Part shown: in pieces, positions 60,986 through 64,000 of the stretch | Layout: each line of letters starts with the position of its first letter | How positions within the stretch are numbered: position 1 is the first letter of the stretch | Assembly (NCBI GenBank): GCA_043228905.1 | Contig: JBHGNT010000001.1 | Location: 24,118,001-24,182,000, forward strand | Source of the DNA: Azolla caroliniana | Taxonomy: Eukaryota > Plantae > Polypodiophyta | DNA: 64,000 nucleotides | Direction of reading: 5' to 3' | Notes under the pieces: model-generated | Databases searched by the model: none | Told to the model about the DNA's origin: nothing | Seen by the model: only the letters and a program-made list of their open reading frames with translations | Position numbers and translations under genes: made by a program

Positions 60986-63900
60986 ACGGGTACTTTGGTG
61001 GAAAAGATTGGATACGATACATTGAAGCTTACAAAATAGAAATGCTTAAAAGGGTATTTTCTATGGCAAGGCAACTTTCAAGTTTCGCAAGGGTTGGGAG
61101 TTCAAGCCTTTACACTTGAATCCTAGACGTGAAAGTTGAAGGAAGTTTACTCGAAGAATATAGATTTGATGACTCATCCAGGATGAGACAAAGAAGGATT
61201 TAATGGACTGGGTGGAGTCTGCAAACAAAAGGTTGAGTGCAAGTGCAACGCTTCATGAATTCGAGCAAAGGTTTGGTCGTCTACCTACACTTGACCAGAG
61301 AACTCTTGAATCCAGCAAGGTTTGTTTGTTCTTAAACGCAATAGACATAAAAGAATAGAGAGACCTTGAACTGCTATTGGAAAATGAGGAGTAATGAAGA
61401 CATGGAACCCCCTAAAAACCAACTTTGTTCAAGGAGTAATGAAGGATTTGTTAGGGGGTTTGGAGGAAGAAATGTGGGTAACACTACTCCTCATCTACTG
61501 GGATCTGAGTAAAGCATAAAACAAAAACCCAAGGACCACAAATAGGGGAGTTTTGGCCAACCATTCTTGCTCAAGTTGAAAAAGGGAAACTCCAGACGAA
61601 CAAGGCTTATGTAGTCGATCAAAGAATACAGCCAATGACAGGTTAGGAGGACCCTGTGGAAGAAAAGACTAGCTTTGTGGAGGTCGTGTGCTAAAACCAT
61701 TAGGTTCTTGTTGAAGAAATAAGTAAAAGAGTAGACGTACAAGGGGCTCCTTCAAAGAAACATGACTCAAGAGAAGTCGTTCGAAGAAGGGAGGAGTTGT
61801 CATCACCCCAAATGATGACCAAAAAAGGGAAGGAAAGAATCAAACCGGCAATAAAATTGCGGTCAAAGATAGAACAAACTACCAACGTCAAGCGTCTGAT
61901 GGAAGACAGGATTCTGGACAGTCAAGTAGAATTTACATTGAGAGAAATTCTTGGAATAACAAAGAAAGAATTACATGATGCCATCATAGATTTAATGAAG
62001 TGAAAACGACAATCTGTTACTGAAGAAGGACCGAGATCAATGAATGTTTTGACGAATGCTATCACAATGGAAGGGCTAGACATTGAGAAATAATATGCTG
62101 ATAGCCACTTCTCAAGACCTCATTGGGCTAGAGCCACTACCAAGACACCAGTCAAGATTGGTGACTTGAAGGATCCAGTGGTGGTGCTAATTGACCATGG
62201 TTCAGAGGTTAATCTTATGTCCCTTGACTTCTACTGAAAGGGATGATGGCCAATCAATACTAGGCATGGGTGGAAGATCCGAGCAACCAGGATTACGGAA
62301 GAGCTTCATGGGGCTGGCCCTAATGTGAAGGTGGTGATAGGCGATGTTGAACTAGACCAACACTTCTTCATGCAAGAGTCAGCATCTCCCTCCGTCATTC
62401 TTTAGGAACCCTATATCACAGCGGCTCGAATGGAGACGAAGGTGCTTCACAATTGTTTGGCATATGTTCAAGTACGAAGTCAAGATGGGTTGAACTCAGT
62501 CCAGTTTCTCACAATGAGGCCAAACCATGAGCGTTATAGAGATAGTCTAGAAAGAGGATCTAGAGAGGACTTTTAGTTCGGAATATTAGGGAGAGGGACA
62601 ATAATAGTCTGAAGCATCTACCTTTGTCCCCAAAGTGATGTAATAAAAGTTTTTCATCTCATTAATAAAAAGAATGTTATGTTTTCTGAAAATTGGATGT
62701 GCAAGTTAAAACTATAAAAAAAGATGTAAAGATAAAGAGTTTTGAAAAACAATTGAAAGAAAATGGGATTATTATGGAAGAATATGAGAAAATAATCGGA
62801 TCTATGGAGGTAATTTCTTTCGACGAAACTCTTGGGAAAATGGAGAGAGTCATTGACTCAAACCTACATGGGAATAAAGTGATTCCGACTATATACGTTG
62901 CCATTGACGAGTATGAGCAAGGTGTTGCGGCAAATAAGGTTGAAGTGAATACTAAGTATGTCAAGATTGTTGACAAGAAAGTGAAGCCTGTTGTTGCCCT
63001 CCCTGCCTAAAGACAATTGGCAGCGGATGAAGGAGGTGGTGACCAATTTGTCTCTTAGAGACCCGAGAGGGATAGGACACACCTTCACTGATGAAACCTT
63101 AATGAAGCTCAAGATCAGTGGGGGTGAGTTCCTACTTCTCGAAGAGGAGTAAAAATTCAAGGAAATGTTGGGGTGACATGGAAAATCCTTTGCTTTTTCC
63201 TTGCTAGAGATAGGATGTGTGGACCCGATAGGATTTGTGGACCCTACACTCGTGGAGCCGATGATTATTTTCACATACCTCGTCTTCCATGGAGCTTGAA
63301 ACCGATTCCGGTTCCCAGAGCATATATCTGTCACGGACACACCAACGCTAGATTATGACAAAGCACAGATGACAAGGCTATGACTGATAAGGTTACGAAT
63401 GTGGAACTCGACGTGATGAGGCTAGAAACTCAGGAGGTTGGGAGCGATGAGATGAGGAACTTAAAGACAAATACAAGAACATAAAGACAAAGATGTAAAT
63501 CAAGGAGAGAAGATGGGGCTAAACAAGAATACTAGATTGATGTGTCAATGACTGGTGTTGAATCCCTTGAAAGAGACTAGAATGGTTACAAGTTGAAGTA
63601 CATGCATTAGAATATTCTTGAACCTTCTAGAACCTTGGAACTTTCTAGAACTTTCTAGATGTCTAGAGAGTATACCTAGATCACGTACATCTTATACAAT
63701 AATGCTTATATCAAGATGGTTGAGCATAATGTATTGTTGATGTGAGGTTGCAAATTCAATCCTCATCAACTATATATTTTATGTTATTGTATTGTGACAA
63801 TATCCCAAAATTATTAGAATTATTGAAAGAGAAAGTCAGGGTGGGAATCCTAGAACCATCTAGTGCACCTTATTCAAATAGGCGGTTCACAATGCCGAAG

Positions 63901-64000
63901 AAAAATGGGACTCTTTGATTCATTTAGGATCTGCAACCGGTAAAAAAGGTTACCATTTGAAATGCAAGGGTTGGACCTAATGTTGATAAGTTCACTGAGG
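60986..64000 (+). mobile_element. Degenerate Ty3/gypsy element O (same lineage as N): gag, PR and RT running off the window
   Basis: DSQVEFTLREILGITKKELHD (N has DSRVEFTLREVLGIAEREFHD), VLIDHGSEVN, ILEPSSAPYSNR. Confidence 0.88.
63329..63799 (-). mobile_element. Solo LTR (471 bp) related to the element B LTR, inserted in the pol of O
   Basis: TGTCAC...GTGACA termini with perfect TSD ATATC at 63324-63328 and 63800-63804. Removing it restores VPRAYIPKLLE. Shares ATCTTATACAATA...TAATGC and CTAGAA motifs with 6250-6330. Orientation is inferred from that homology. Confidence 0.9.

Overview
Land-plant nuclear DNA; the retroelement types hint at a non-seed plant such as a fern, but that is inference. 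One host gene is present: a 15-exon bifunctional biotin-synthesis gene BIO3-BIO1 (dethiobiotin synthetase / DAPA aminotransferase, + strand, CDS 24679-37047, about 903 aa). It is flanked by dense nests of mostly decayed Ty1/copia and Ty3/gypsy LTR retrotransposons, solo LTRs and non-autonomous derivatives. There is also a hAT-type MITE in intron 3 and a degenerate initiator tRNA-Met copy. Two observations stand out. (1) Four separate gypsy-type LTRs each carry a tRNA-like Pol III cassette (A-box/B-box at tRNA spacing), antisense and in the U3 region. (2) Intron 1 of BIO3-BIO1 looks as if it arose by tandem duplication of an AG|GT-containing coding segment, later expanded by an exon-derived minisatellite. 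All calls were made by eye, without database searches.
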